Notes under the pieces: model-generated | What the model was told of the DNA's origin: nothing | The model's input: only the letters and a program-made list of their open reading frames with translations | Database searches by the model: none | Program-made: the position numbers and the translations under genes | Source: Candidatus Pacearchaeota archaeon | GTDB lineage: Archaea; Nanobdellota; Nanobdellia; Pacearchaeales; GW2011-AR1 | Reading direction: 5' to 3' | Assembly: GCA_018304025.1 (NCBI GenBank) | Contig: JAGVXA010000001.1 | Coordinates: 2,431 to 66,430, forward strand | DNA length: 64,000 nucleotides | Shown: piece after piece, positions 9,075 through 19,033 of the stretch | Position numbering within the stretch: the stretch's first letter is position 1 | Layout of the letters: each line of letters opens with the position of its first letter

Positions 9075-9710
9075 ATGCTTGCTGAATTATTTCACAATAG
9101 TGTTGAATTTTTGCTGGGGATAGTTGGTTCTCTTGGTTATTTCGGAATATTTATTGGAATGACTATTGAGAGTTCTTTTATTCCTTTTCCGTCGGAAGCG
9201 ATTTTGATTCCTGCCGGCGCGCTTATTCAGCGAGGCGAGATGGTTTTTGTTTTTGTTTTTATTGCCGGGCTGCTGGGAAGTTTAGCAGGCGCTTTGATTA
9301 ATTATTATCTTGCGTTTTATCTCGGGAGAGGATTGGTTAATAAATTGGTTGTTAAATACGGACACTTATTTTTTATCAGCCAGAATTCGATAATAAAATC
9401 TGAGCGTTATTTTGCGCGCCATGGAGAGATTACGACTTTTGTCGGGCGTTTTATTCCCGGAATCAGGCAATTAATTTCTTTGCCTGCTGGATTCGGGCGG
9501 ATGAAGCTGGGGAAATTTGTATTTTATACTTGCTTGGGTGCGGGGATTTGGGGGCTGATTTTGATTTATCTCGGATATTTGTTTGGGGAGAATAGTGCTT
9601 TGATAGAAGAGAATTTGTCGCTGATAACTATGGCTGCTGTTGGTTTTTGCTTGGTTTTAGTTTTGATTTATCTGTTTAAGAAGAAGAACCGCGCGCTTTT
9701 GCGTCGATGA
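9075..9710 (+). CDS. DedA family membrane protein
   Basis: [26 protein letters not shown]. Confidence 0.95.
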   Translation: MLAELFHNSVEFLLGIVGSLGYFGIFIGMTIESSFIPFPSEAILIPAGALIQRGEMVFVFVFIAGLLGSLAGALINYYLAFYLGRGLVNKLVVKYGHLFFISQNSIIKSERYFARHGEITTFVGRFIPGIRQLISLPAGFGRMKLGKFVFYTCLGAGIWGLILIYLGYLFGENSALIEENLSLITMAAVGFCLVLVLIYLFKKKNRALLRR

Positions 9711-10455
9711 TTGAGTGCGTCATGAATTTTTCTGTTGCCTGCAGGATTTCACAGTTTGCGACTGTAATTGTATAGCAGTTTGTGTATTCTACTGACTCGC
9801 CTGTTAATTTGCCTTCTACTGCAGTATAAACTGTTTTTGTTTTTCTTTTTATTGATGTTTCGTCTCCAGATTTGACGAGAATAACTGCGTTGTCCGGATA
9901 CTGCTCGCAGGTTATATAATCAAGGTTATCTTTTTCTGCTTCTGCTTTGTCTGAAACGCCTGCTTTTAGTTCAAAGCCGTTTTGGCTGAAGAAGGAAGCT
10001 AAACCAGCGAGTGCTAAAGTGCTGTAAGGGCATTCTGTCAAGCCCTCTGCGTTTAACGTGACATAAACTGGTTTTCCTCTCTCGAATTCTAAATCCCCTT
10101 CTACAGGGACTTTGTTTGTTCTTGGGTCGTGTCTCAGATATAGATTAATCATTCGGGGGCCTTCTCCTGATACGACGTTTCCTGTTGCGTAATCTGGGTT
10201 TGTGTAGTAGTAATAATAGTATAGCGGAATGTTTCCGAATTTTTCTTTTGTGAATTTTAACCCTTGGTATTCAAATGTTTTGAGACTTTGGAAGAGCGAG
10301 TGAGCTAATAAGAATAAGAGTATCAAGCCAATCATTGCGCCGAGGATATAATAAAATTGCCTGTTTTGTTTTGAGTTTGAAACTTCTTGAGTTGTCTCGG
10401 AAGATTCTTGCTGTTTAGGAAGAACTCTTTTTTTAGTTATTTTCTTTTTCGGCAT
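9676..10455 (-). CDS. Single-TM hypothetical protein with extracellular Cys-containing domain
   Basis: Basic N-terminus, TM, then FEYQGLKF and ATGNVV; four Cys. Confidence 0.75.
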   Translation of the reverse strand: MPKKKITKKRVLPKQQESSETTQEVSNSKQNRQFYYILGAMIGLILLFLLAHSLFQSLKTFEYQGLKFTKEKFGNIPLYYYYYYTNPDYATGNVVSGEGPRMINLYLRHDPRTNKVPVEGDLEFERGKPVYVTLNAEGLTECPYSTLALAGLASFFSQNGFELKAGVSDKAEAEKDNLDYITCEQYPDNAVILVKSGDETSIKRKTKTVYTAVEGKLTGESVEYTNCYTITVANCEILQATEKFMTHSIIDAKARGSSS

Positions 10456-10485
10456 TTTTAGATATTGGAAAGAGGTTTTATAAAT

Positions 10486-11034
10486 TTAATGAAAGTCAAG
10501 TAGTTTGTATATGAATGCGTCGGCTGCTCTCAAATCTCCTTCGATGAAGATGCATTTTCCTTCCTGAGAGACTTTGTTTTCTGCTGAATCTTTCCAGACG
10601 ATTAAATTGTCTGTGCAATTTTTTTCAGGGAGATCTTCTTCGCATGGACCGTAGCATGCTTTTTGTGTTTTTGCGTATCTGCCTAATACAGAGTAGAGCT
10701 CGCTGAAGACTGCGTCGTTATCTGATGAGATGTATAATGTTGATTTTGCCAGACTTGAAAGAGTTGAGTAAGAAGTGACGGAGATATTTTTTACTTCTTC
10801 GGGAGAATTGTCGAGGTAAAAAAGATTGTTGTTGTAATTTATTTCCCATCTGTCGCCGACATTTCTTATACTGCTATTTGTTTCTCCGTCGTTATTCTTT
10901 GGCGTTCTTGTGCTTGACATGAATCCGTAGCCGATTGTTCCGACGAGAAGAACAGCTAACATTACAATACTCAAGAGTAATGTGTTTGTTTTTCTTTTTT
11001 TTTCTGATTCTTTTTCTGATAGGATTTTTCTCAT
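10486..11034 (-). CDS. Single-TM hypothetical protein with extracellular Cys-containing domain
   Basis: TM near N-terminus; ends CIFIEG...AADAFIYKLL. Confidence 0.75.
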   Translation of the reverse strand: MRKILSEKESEKKRKTNTLLLSIVMLAVLLVGTIGYGFMSSTRTPKNNDGETNSSIRNVGDRWEINYNNNLFYLDNSPEEVKNISVTSYSTLSSLAKSTLYISSDNDAVFSELYSVLGRYAKTQKACYGPCEEDLPEKNCTDNLIVWKDSAENKVSQEGKCIFIEGDLRAADAFIYKLLDFH

Positions 11035-11171
11035 TGCTTGGCTAGGAATTCGTGGTTTTTAAAATTTACCGAAGACAAAAATTAATTTTTTTGAAATTTT
11101 ATAAAAATTAAAATCAGCGCAAAGTTTATAAAGACTTTATACTACGATAGTAACAGATTCAAAAAGAGACG

Positions 11172-13244
11172 ATGGCAAACAAAGAGGCTAAACTTGGGGT
11201 AAAGTTTTTTGGAGTAATTGTATTTTTTGCGTTGGTTGTATTTCTTTCGTTGCTTGTTGTTGCAGATGTTACAACTGTTTTATGGAGCCCTATTAATCAT
11301 ACTTATTATAACTCAAGTGAAGGCATGAATTGGTTTTATAATATTTCCATTAATTTTAGTGATGCAGCTTATTATCAAAATAATATAACTCAGATTAATG
11401 TTACCTTACCGATAAACTTTACCTTTACTGCAAATTCAAATGGTACTAGTGTGAATAGCACACTTCTTGCTACAGGTATAAGTCCTATTTTTTCACTTAC
11501 TAATATTAGCAGCACTTTGAGTTATCTAAATATAAGCCAAGTTTTAAGTTGGAGTAATTTTACACATTTTGTTACGAACGATACTGTTGCCTGGCTTAAT
11601 AACTCTGCATTTTGGTTTAATGCGAACGCGACTACAGCTGGCTGGTATAATGTAACTGTTTCTGTTATGAACTCTACTGGCGCAGCATATATTACAAAGT
11701 GGTATAATCTTTCTCTTCGCGTAAATGATACAGATGCTCCTGTTGTTGCTGTGCCTGTTGGAAATATTAGCGGGGCTACTACTACTGATGGAGTAACTTC
11801 TGGAGGAAATTATTCCGGCAATCTTACATTAAATCTTAGTTTTAAGGATGACACGCCAGCACAGATGATATTCTCTATTACTAATGCGACAACTGCAATG
11901 GGGCGAAGTATTAATTATAGCGGAACATTGAATGGAGGATTTTATGATACTATTGTAAACTTTAACGAATCTACTTTTGTTGAAGGATTATATAATATTA
12001 CTGTTTGGTTGAATGATAGTTCTTCATTGTTGAACAAGACAGTTATTTTCAAGAATATTCGAGTTGACAAAAAAGCACCGGTTGTCTTTAATGCAAATAT
12101 TTCAGTTGCGAGTGCTGGGACAACAAACGGTATAAGATCTGGAGGAAATTATTCGCAAACAGTTGTGTTTAATACAACTGCTTGGGACGCTAATTCAAGC
12201 GTTGTTATTTGGATTAATGTAACTAATGCAAGCAACGGAAAACAAAATGCTACTTATGCTGCAACGCAGGAAGGCGGAAACAAGAACGGAGGGCATGTTG
12301 TTACAATCAATACAACAAGTCTTTTAGACGGAATATATAATATTTCTGTAATGGCGAATGATACTGCTGGAAATAATAATTATAGTTATGTGTCTGCTGC
12401 TAAAATAACAACTATTATTATTGATAACACAGCGCCAAGCATAACTCTTACGAGGTCTAGCAGTTCGACTAAAACTTCTTTGGTTATCAGTGCTTCTATC
12501 ACTGATAAGCCAAGTAACGTAAGCGGGCAATGCACTCAGAGTTTTGGGTCGCATGGACTTATGTCTGGCTCAGGCACAAGCCAAACATTTACAGGAAGCG
12601 AGTTAACTTGCGGAACTTCTTACACTATTCCTATACGTTGCGTTGACTATGCTGGAAATGTAGGCACAGCTTCAATAACTGCAGCTACAGATGCTTGCGG
12701 AACAAGTGACAGCGGTTCATCGTCATCTTCTAGCGGTGGAGGAGCATCCACAACAACATGGACAAGTACTTTTGTTGCAGATAGCACGGAATTAAGCGCA
12801 CAAGGAAGTGTTACCAAGAGTTTGGGCGGCAAGAACAGAGTTAGATTAAAGGTTAGCGGAGAGACGCATTATGTTGGTGTAACAAGTGTGAGTGGAAGCA
12901 GTGCTACAGTAGAAGTTTCAAGCACTCCTCAAACAGCTGCATTAAATATTGGAGAGACAAAGAAATTTGATCTTGCAAGTGACGGCTATTATGATTTGAG
13001 TGTTACACTTAATTCAATTACTAACGGCAAAGCAGACATAACAATGAAAGCAATTTCTGAGAAAGTAGTTGTTGCAACAGCACCTACAACAACGACGACA
13101 GAACCAGAAACTACAGCACCGCCTGTTCAAACTTCTCCAAGTACAGAAAGCGGTTCGTCAGTTGGATGGATAATTGCTATAATAGTAATTGTTGCTTTGA
13201 TAGTTGTCGGGATTTTGGTTGCGAAGAAGAAAAGGTATTTTTAA
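11172..13244 (+). CDS. Large N-glycosylated surface protein with Ig-like repeats, S/T linkers and C-terminal TM anchor
   Basis: Signal peptide; about 40 N-x-S/T sequons; D.AGN Ig-like motifs; TM followed by KKKRYF. Confidence 0.85.
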   Translation: MANKEAKLGVKFFGVIVFFALVVFLSLLVVADVTTVLWSPINHTYYNSSEGMNWFYNISINFSDAAYYQNNITQINVTLPINFTFTANSNGTSVNSTLLATGISPIFSLTNISSTLSYLNISQVLSWSNFTHFVTNDTVAWLNNSAFWFNANATTAGWYNVTVSVMNSTGAAYITKWYNLSLRVNDTDAPVVAVPVGNISGATTTDGVTSGGNYSGNLTLNLSFKDDTPAQMIFSITNATTAMGRSINYSGTLNGGFYDTIVNFNESTFVEGLYNITVWLNDSSSLLNKTVIFKNIRVDKKAPVVFNANISVASAGTTNGIRSGGNYSQTVVFNTTAWDANSSVVIWINVTNASNGKQNATYAATQEGGNKNGGHVVTINTTSLLDGIYNISVMANDTAGNNNYSYVSAAKITTIIIDNTAPSITLTRSSSSTKTSLVISASITDKPSNVSGQCTQSFGSHGLMSGSGTSQTFTGSELTCGTSYTIPIRCVDYAGNVGTASITAATDACGTSDSGSSSSSSGGGASTTTWTSTFVADSTELSAQGSVTKSLGGKNRVRLKVSGETHYVGVTSVSGSSATVEVSSTPQTAALNIGETKKFDLASDGYYDLSVTLNSITNGKADITMKAISEKVVVATAPTTTTTEPETTAPPVQTSPSTESGSSVGWIIAIIVIVALIVVGILVAKKKRYF

Positions 13245-13518
13245 TTTTATTAGATAAATATTGAGACAGGAAATTTAATTGCTTTTTATAATTAATAATG
13301 AATTAGGGAGCGTTATTGTGGATTTGATTTACCTACCATTTAACTAAAAAATCTGAGAGTAATGGGCTAAATGTGAGTTAAATACTGATACTATCTAATG
13401 GGTAATTCTGAGAAGAACTATTTTTGAGAAGACAAGAATTGAAAGAAAGAGGTATTTGGCTTCTGATACTAAACAAATTTGAACGATTAATTAATAGGAA
13501 ACGCTAATAGTGGTGGTA

Positions 13519-13546
13519 AAAATAAGACAGATAAAATAAGACAGAT
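13519..13546. repeat. 14-bp tandem duplication AAAATAAGACAGAT x2
   Basis: Read directly in the intergenic region between convergent genes. Confidence 0.8.
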
Positions 13547-13636
13547 ATCTTTAGATTCAATTTTTTGATTATGGTTATCTAAATAGAACTAAGAAAAAAT
13601 AGAAAAGAAAAGAAAAAATAAAAATTGTTTTTGTGT

Positions 13637-16225
13637 TTACGCTGTTGTTGTTACTGAAGTTATACTTGTTGCTGTTGAACCAGTGTATTTCTTGCCTGCT
13701 GTTGTGTCAACTGTTTGAGTTGTCAAAGCTGTTGCAGCATTTTGAGTGTCACCTGCGTTGTAACCTGCTACTAATGTAGCAACGTTTCCGCCTGTTCGCT
13801 CAAATGTCTGGATAAGGTATGAACCTGCTCCGACGCCTGTTGCTGTTTCCCAGTCTGCTCCGCACAAAGGTGTTGAGCTTCCTAGTAAATCTGCAGCGAC
13901 GCTGTTTACACAGCTACCACCTACAACAACCAAGTTCTTATTGGACGCTTGACTAACTTCTGCATCAGTAATTGCAACTCCAATTGTTGAAGTTGAACCT
14001 CCTGATGAACCAGAAAGTACTGCATCTGTTTCTGTTAAGAAAACTTCTGCATATGTTTCAGAAGCACCATCTGTTCCTGCAGGATAGTAAACTTCTGCAT
14101 AATCCTCGTCTGGTTTTGTGTAGTGCAAAATTCTTGTAGCAACGTCTGAGCCATTTAGATATGCCTCATACACGCTAGTTGCATCTCCTACCTCTAGTCC
14201 GCCTACGCCTCCAACACCACTTGATGGACCACCTGAACCTGCAGTGTTTACTTGAGAAACATACAGATTACTGTCGGTATTATCATCAATGGTAAAGTTA
14301 AACGTTGTTCCAGCAGCTATATTGTCGTCTTTGTCTTCTTCTTTCATAAACAACCAGAATGAAGTACCGCTGTGCCCTGTTGTGGATGGAACTCCATTTA
14401 TACCAATTGTCCAGTTTTCACCGGCTTGGTCTGTTCCAACAGGTCCTGTTGGAAGTCCTTCTGCTGATCCTCCTCCAGAATCATTTACATGCAATTCGCC
14501 TTCTCGAACAAGTGTTGAGTTTATCGCTGCGAAAGGCAAGAAGATCTTTAATCCTCCTGCTGTGTAAATTGTTTGGAAGTTTACGTTTGTTCCAGCTGCA
14601 AATGAAGCTGTTTCGTTTTTACCAGAGGTATAGTTTACGTCGTCTATTGTAAGACTAACTAAACCAATGTTACAACTATCGCCTGCTTTTTTATCTGCAC
14701 AAACTGATTCCCAGCCTGCTGAACCATACTTTTCAAGAGTGGTTCTGTTTATTCCTGATGAGTCAGTAGAAAGAACTTTTGCTCTTAACAAATAAGATTC
14801 TGCTTGAGAACTAATGTTATAGCTTGCTACAAAGTATTCGTGCCAGTCAGCTCCATTGAATTTCTCATAAAACTGAATCTTTGTTTCGTTTGGCGCTACA
14901 GTAAGCAATCTTTGATCAGTTGCTTTTCCGATTCCAATAAGTTCTCCAGTTGAATTTGCGTACACTAAGTTTATACCTACTGTTCCGTCTTTTATTGGAA
15001 CAGTCAGTTTAATACTTGTATCTCCATCATTGTCTATGGTTATTTTTTCTTCTTCTTGTCTGCGCAAATCATTCATAGAAAACTTAACTGCATTAAAGCC
15101 AGGCATTGCAAGTTCTAGTTTTGGTGTTAAGAATAATTCATCGTCTGTTTTCCATTCTAAAACGATTTTATCCATTTTTCCAGTTGTTGAACCACTTCCT
15201 GTTGCGTTGTAAACCCATGCTTTTATACCGTCTACATTTTCATCGTTGAGTTTTACAGTTGAACCAGAAGTTATTTCTAACTTTCCAGAACCAAGACTGA
15301 ATTCAATATTACCTACAACTCCTGAAACATCTCTTTGGAATATTTCTTTAACTCCAACGTATGTTCCGTCAGATAATTTGTAGGATGAACCTGCGGACAA
15401 CATATTTGTTGTTTCGCCGTTAACACTTAACTTTGCTTGTGTTGTTGTAAGAGAAACTATACTTACATCATAGCTTTTATCGCCCATTGTTTTAGTAGCT
15501 GTTTCTCCTTCATTGACTATGCCTGTTACGGCAGAATCAAGCAAGGTTAACTTACCAAGCATACCTGATATTCCTCCAACGTCAAAATCAGAAATATAAT
15601 AGTCTTTGCCAAGTAATCTAAGTGTACTTGTTTCAAAGTCTTCAAATTCTCCTGTGGTTATGTCTGATTCAGCATCTGTTGTGAAATCAATAGTATAGTT
15701 CAAAATCCATTTGCTTGAAGGCAGTTTAAAACCAACTGTTGGTGTTCTCTCGCTTAAACCTGCAGCAGATTCATAGTCAGAATCTCTGAAATGCTCTAAT
15801 CCTGGACTACCAAGAGCTATTGTTTGTTCATATTCAAATTCATCATTGTCATCTGTTACATATGTTCCGTCTGCTAATAAAGTTGATAATTCATCTTTAT
15901 CGACATTTCCGGAAAATACGCCCCAGGTGTTTCCAAGGTTAAGATTATCGCTTGCTTTTGCAAGCAGAACATAATCTCCGCCAGAAGGAGTTGCACCAGC
16001 TGTTGCTGTTGAAGATGAAAGAAAACTATTCAAGCTATCTTGAATCTTCAAAACGCCTACAAGGTCTACTGAAGCTGCTGTGTGGCTACCGTAAACAACT
16101 GCTACGTCAGCTGCTCCGTTTGTAACGAAGGGTGCTGGGTATGTTGTTGCAGCTGCCAAAGCAACTGTAGAAGTTAACATTGCTGTAGTTGCTAAAACGC
16201 TAGCAATTTTTTTAAATTTAAACAT
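13637..16225 (-). CDS. S-layer protein
   Basis: N-terminal KKIASVLA...YPAPFV...DVAVVYG and C-terminal NLVVVGGSCVNSVAA...LVAGYNAGDT S-layer motifs; GGAGG RBS; biased codon usage. Confidence 0.9.
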   Translation of the reverse strand: MFKFKKIASVLATTAMLTSTVALAAATTYPAPFVTNGAADVAVVYGSHTAASVDLVGVLKIQDSLNSFLSSSTATAGATPSGGDYVLLAKASDNLNLGNTWGVFSGNVDKDELSTLLADGTYVTDDNDEFEYEQTIALGSPGLEHFRDSDYESAAGLSERTPTVGFKLPSSKWILNYTIDFTTDAESDITTGEFEDFETSTLRLLGKDYYISDFDVGGISGMLGKLTLLDSAVTGIVNEGETATKTMGDKSYDVSIVSLTTTQAKLSVNGETTNMLSAGSSYKLSDGTYVGVKEIFQRDVSGVVGNIEFSLGSGKLEITSGSTVKLNDENVDGIKAWVYNATGSGSTTGKMDKIVLEWKTDDELFLTPKLELAMPGFNAVKFSMNDLRRQEEEKITIDNDGDTSIKLTVPIKDGTVGINLVYANSTGELIGIGKATDQRLLTVAPNETKIQFYEKFNGADWHEYFVASYNISSQAESYLLRAKVLSTDSSGINRTTLEKYGSAGWESVCADKKAGDSCNIGLVSLTIDDVNYTSGKNETASFAAGTNVNFQTIYTAGGLKIFLPFAAINSTLVREGELHVNDSGGGSAEGLPTGPVGTDQAGENWTIGINGVPSTTGHSGTSFWLFMKEEDKDDNIAAGTTFNFTIDDNTDSNLYVSQVNTAGSGGPSSGVGGVGGLEVGDATSVYEAYLNGSDVATRILHYTKPDEDYAEVYYPAGTDGASETYAEVFLTETDAVLSGSSGGSTSTIGVAITDAEVSQASNKNLVVVGGSCVNSVAADLLGSSTPLCGADWETATGVGAGSYLIQTFERTGGNVATLVAGYNAGDTQNAATALTTQTVDTTAGKKYTGSTATSITSVTTTA

Positions 16226-16233
16226 TATTTTTA

Positions 16234-16395
16234 ATCCTCCTTTTTGCTATGTCTAATTGGCAGCTCAATCGAAACCTCTCCGGGTTTCGATGCATCCAGG
16301 TTTTTGAGTCAGCGAAGCTGACGGCCCGGTGAGCACCTCTTTGAGGAGACTGTTTAATACAGCCCGCCGGCACTTAGAAAGTGCCAAGTTTAATA
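16234..16395 (-). promoter_or_regulatory. Structured 5' leader of the S-layer gene
   Basis: Hairpins at 16268-16291, 16308-16322 and 16369-16385, a multibranch element at 16326-16370, and a TATA-like TTTTTAAA at about 16422-16429. Confidence 0.65.
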
Positions 16396-16631
16396 GGGAT
16401 GAATGGTTAAATTGAATTTGGTTTAAAAAGCTTTCTATGTTTTTTTGGTTTGTCGAAGGGAACTAGCTTTGTTAGCTGCGTTTTATATATAAATCTTGTG
16501 TTACTATTATAAAGTTTTTCATATATCTTGAACTTATGAATTTTATTTATTTTTTAACAGTCAAAACAGCAAGAATAAGGGTAAAAACGAAACATATAAA
16601 TACTATGTATATTTACAATATATGTTGATTA

Positions 16632-16651
16632 AAATACCATATATGGTATTT
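16632..16651. promoter_or_regulatory. Perfect 20-bp palindrome, candidate operator
   Basis: AAATACCATA|TATGGTATTT, 12 nt before the likely ATG (16664) of a wHTH regulator. Confidence 0.7.
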
Positions 16652-16663
16652 ATCGACGGTAAA

Positions 16664-17023
16664 ATGGCTGAAAAATCAAAAACACGGGAAATCACAATTA
16701 CTGAAGAAGGAGGAAAGTTTACTTCGTTTTTTAAGAGGTTTAAGAGTGAAAAATCAGAATTTGACTTTGAGGGGCTGGGGGTTTTGAGAAATTTGCTCAG
16801 CAATGAGAAAGCGCGAATGCTAAATGTGATAAAAAATCGCAAGCCGAACTCGATTTATGAGCTTGCCAGGATTTTGAAAAGAGATTTTAAGTCTGTGAGC
16901 TGTGATGTGAAGGCTTTGGAGAAATTTGGTTTTATTGACATGATTGCTGAAAAGACTGGGAAAAGAGAAAGACTGAAGCCGATTTTAGCTGTTGATTCTA
17001 TGTATATCCACGTTAAGCTGTAG
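16664..17023 (+). CDS. Winged-HTH transcriptional regulator (HVO_A0114/ArsR-like)
   Basis: PNSIYELARILKRDFKSVSCDVKALEKFGFI. Confidence 0.85.
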   Translation: MAEKSKTREITITEEGGKFTSFFKRFKSEKSEFDFEGLGVLRNLLSNEKARMLNVIKNRKPNSIYELARILKRDFKSVSCDVKALEKFGFIDMIAEKTGKRERLKPILAVDSMYIHVKL

Positions 17024-17561
17024 TTTTTGTGCCGAGATTTTCGTAAATTTTTAAACTGACTTTTATTCCTTTACCGATTGGTTTTTCTGCTGTTTTTGCC
17101 TCTCTTTCGTCTGGGCTTCCTCCTGGAAATGCAGATATAGCTATTATTTCTGCTTCTTCGCTTCTTAAAAGTGGGTCGTCTGCTTTTTCAAAGACTACTT
17201 CGAAAAGATATCCTTTAACCGGCTTGTCTTGGCCAGGATTCCAGCTTTTTTCTATAATCTCTTTAGATAACTCTTCTAAATTTTCTTTGAGATTTCCGTC
17301 AACGCCTGTGCCTGGACAGCGGTTTGTTTCTTTGGCTTCTATTATTGCGTCTTTGAAATTGAGTCTTGAACCTGCGACTTCGCAGTCAGTAGAATATTCG
17401 AGCATTGCGTCCAAAAATAAAGAAACCTCGTCTACGCGGGTTCTGTCTTCTTCTGCGCCGGGTTTTCGCATCATTATGCCTAGAAATACTAGAAAGATTA
17501 CAGCTACGAGTGCAACTACCATGACAAAGCCTACCATTTCTTCCTGTGATTTCTTATTCAC
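17013..17561 (-). CDS. Class III signal peptide (pilin-like) protein
   Basis: MNKKS|QEEMVGFVMVVALVAVIFL. Confidence 0.75.
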   Translation of the reverse strand: MNKKSQEEMVGFVMVVALVAVIFLVFLGIMMRKPGAEEDRTRVDEVSLFLDAMLEYSTDCEVAGSRLNFKDAIIEAKETNRCPGTGVDGNLKENLEELSKEIIEKSWNPGQDKPVKGYLFEVVFEKADDPLLRSEEAEIIAISAFPGGSPDEREAKTAEKPIGKGIKVSLKIYENLGTKTTA

Positions 17562-18054
17562 TTGATTTTCCTCCTGAAACTATGATTTTTCCGATTTCGT
17601 ATTTGAAATCTCTTGTACTTTGGTCGCGCCTTACTAAAGATATGAAAACAGAAGAAGTTGAGCCGAGATTTGGCGGACGAGGGATAATTGTTATTTTGTT
17701 TGTTTCACCTGACTCAGGAACAGGGTAAACTATTTCCACTTCTAAATAGTCTAAGTTCCAGAGAGTTTTGTAAATATCTTTGTCTAAAGAGACGATTTTC
17801 TCGAAGTCGACGCAGGACGAACAATCGCTGGAAGAAGTGAACGCGAATTCTGGCGAACCAGCTAAAGCAAGAGCTATTTGCAATGCTTCTTCTTCCTGCC
17901 TTTGAGCTGCGCTTTCTTCCAGATTAGAGGACCAAATTGATAAGTAAATGACTGCGACAAGACCGAAAAATATCATTAGCGCGACTAGGACGAACGCCAT
18001 TTGCTGAATTTTCAGCTGGGCTTTTTTAGAAAAGTCTGCAGAGTAATACGTCAT
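17554..18054 (-). CDS. Class III signal peptide (pilin-like) protein
   Basis: SKKA|QLKIQQMAFVLVALMIFF; CSSC motif. Confidence 0.75.
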   Translation of the reverse strand: MTYYSADFSKKAQLKIQQMAFVLVALMIFFGLVAVIYLSIWSSNLEESAAQRQEEEALQIALALAGSPEFAFTSSSDCSSCVDFEKIVSLDKDIYKTLWNLDYLEVEIVYPVPESGETNKITIIPRPPNLGSTSSVFISLVRRDQSTRDFKYEIGKIIVSGGKSSE

Positions 18055-19033
18055 TTTCGTTTTGAATATTGATTGCTTCTGATTTAATCGAGGGCAGAAG
18101 GCTTAGGTCTTTGTTAATTACTAAATCACGGGTTTTAGAGAGATAACTTGCTAATGGAGAAGTTAGCTCGCTTGAGAAAGAACAGCTCGAATCTATTCTT
18201 GAGAGAGCGGACGCTTTTTCCTGGTAAGTTTTTGCGAGATTATTCGCGCGCATCATTAGTCTTTGGACTTGACAGTCGTAGATTGTTTTGTTCGAGAAAA
18301 TTGCCGCCAAAAGCAGAGGGTAAGGGTTGTCATCATTTGGAGAGAGAAGATAATATAATTCTTGCTCTTCTTTTTTTACAGAGTTTTGATAGATTATGAT
18401 GTCTTTTGAAGAACATTGGTTTGCATTATTTTCGTGGCATACTTTTCTGCTGTTTGCGGGGCAAGCGCTTGCTGATTCGACATTTGTTATGTTTACCAAT
18501 AAATTTGAAAATTCTGCGCTTAGCCCTCCTATTTCGCCTGGCGCGCTGCTTAAGTCAACAAAACAGTAGCTTGCTTGGTCGCTCCACATTATCATTATGT
18601 CGGCGATTTTGAATGGAAATTCGAAAGGTTTTGAAATTATGTAGAAATTATCTTCTGCGGGAAGTTCGGATTCTGAAAAAAGATATTTGTTGTGGAATGC
18701 GCTGGGAATTGTTTCGCCTTCGCGCCAGCTGCTTCCGATGCTTGATTTTATTTTTGTGCTGATTAGTTGGGAGCCGAAAGAGCCGGAGATTTCGCAGTCG
18801 TTGAATAATACTGTCGGTTGTTTTACTGCAAGCTCTGAGTATTTTGCGTTTTCAAGAGTTGTTTCGACTGGAGAAAAGATTGTTCCGATGTCTTTTCCTG
18901 TTTCTGTTTCTTTTTGAAGACGAAGATTATTTACGATATTTGACAGGGCATAAATTGCCAGGAAAAGAATTACTGCCCCGACTAAAAGGGCGAAGAGCCA
19001 GCCGAAACTGAATTCAAATGCTTTCTTGTTCAT
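18026..19033 (-). CDS. Class III signal peptide (pilin-like) protein
   Basis: MNKKA|FEFSFGWLFALLVGAVIL; multiple Cys. Confidence 0.75.
   Translation of the reverse strand: MNKKAFEFSFGWLFALLVGAVILFLAIYALSNIVNNLRLQKETETGKDIGTIFSPVETTLENAKYSELAVKQPTVLFNDCEISGSFGSQLISTKIKSSIGSSWREGETIPSAFHNKYLFSESELPAEDNFYIISKPFEFPFKIADIMIMWSDQASYCFVDLSSAPGEIGGLSAEFSNLLVNITNVESASACPANSRKVCHENNANQCSSKDIIIYQNSVKKEEQELYYLLSPNDDNPYPLLLAAIFSNKTIYDCQVQRLMMRANNLAKTYQEKASALSRIDSSCSFSSELTSPLASYLSKTRDLVINKDLSLLPSIKSEAINIQNENDVLLCRLF

Noticed and set aside
13245..13636. 390-bp gap between convergent surface genes
   Set aside because: No credible ORF or stable structure, only a 14-bp tandem duplication
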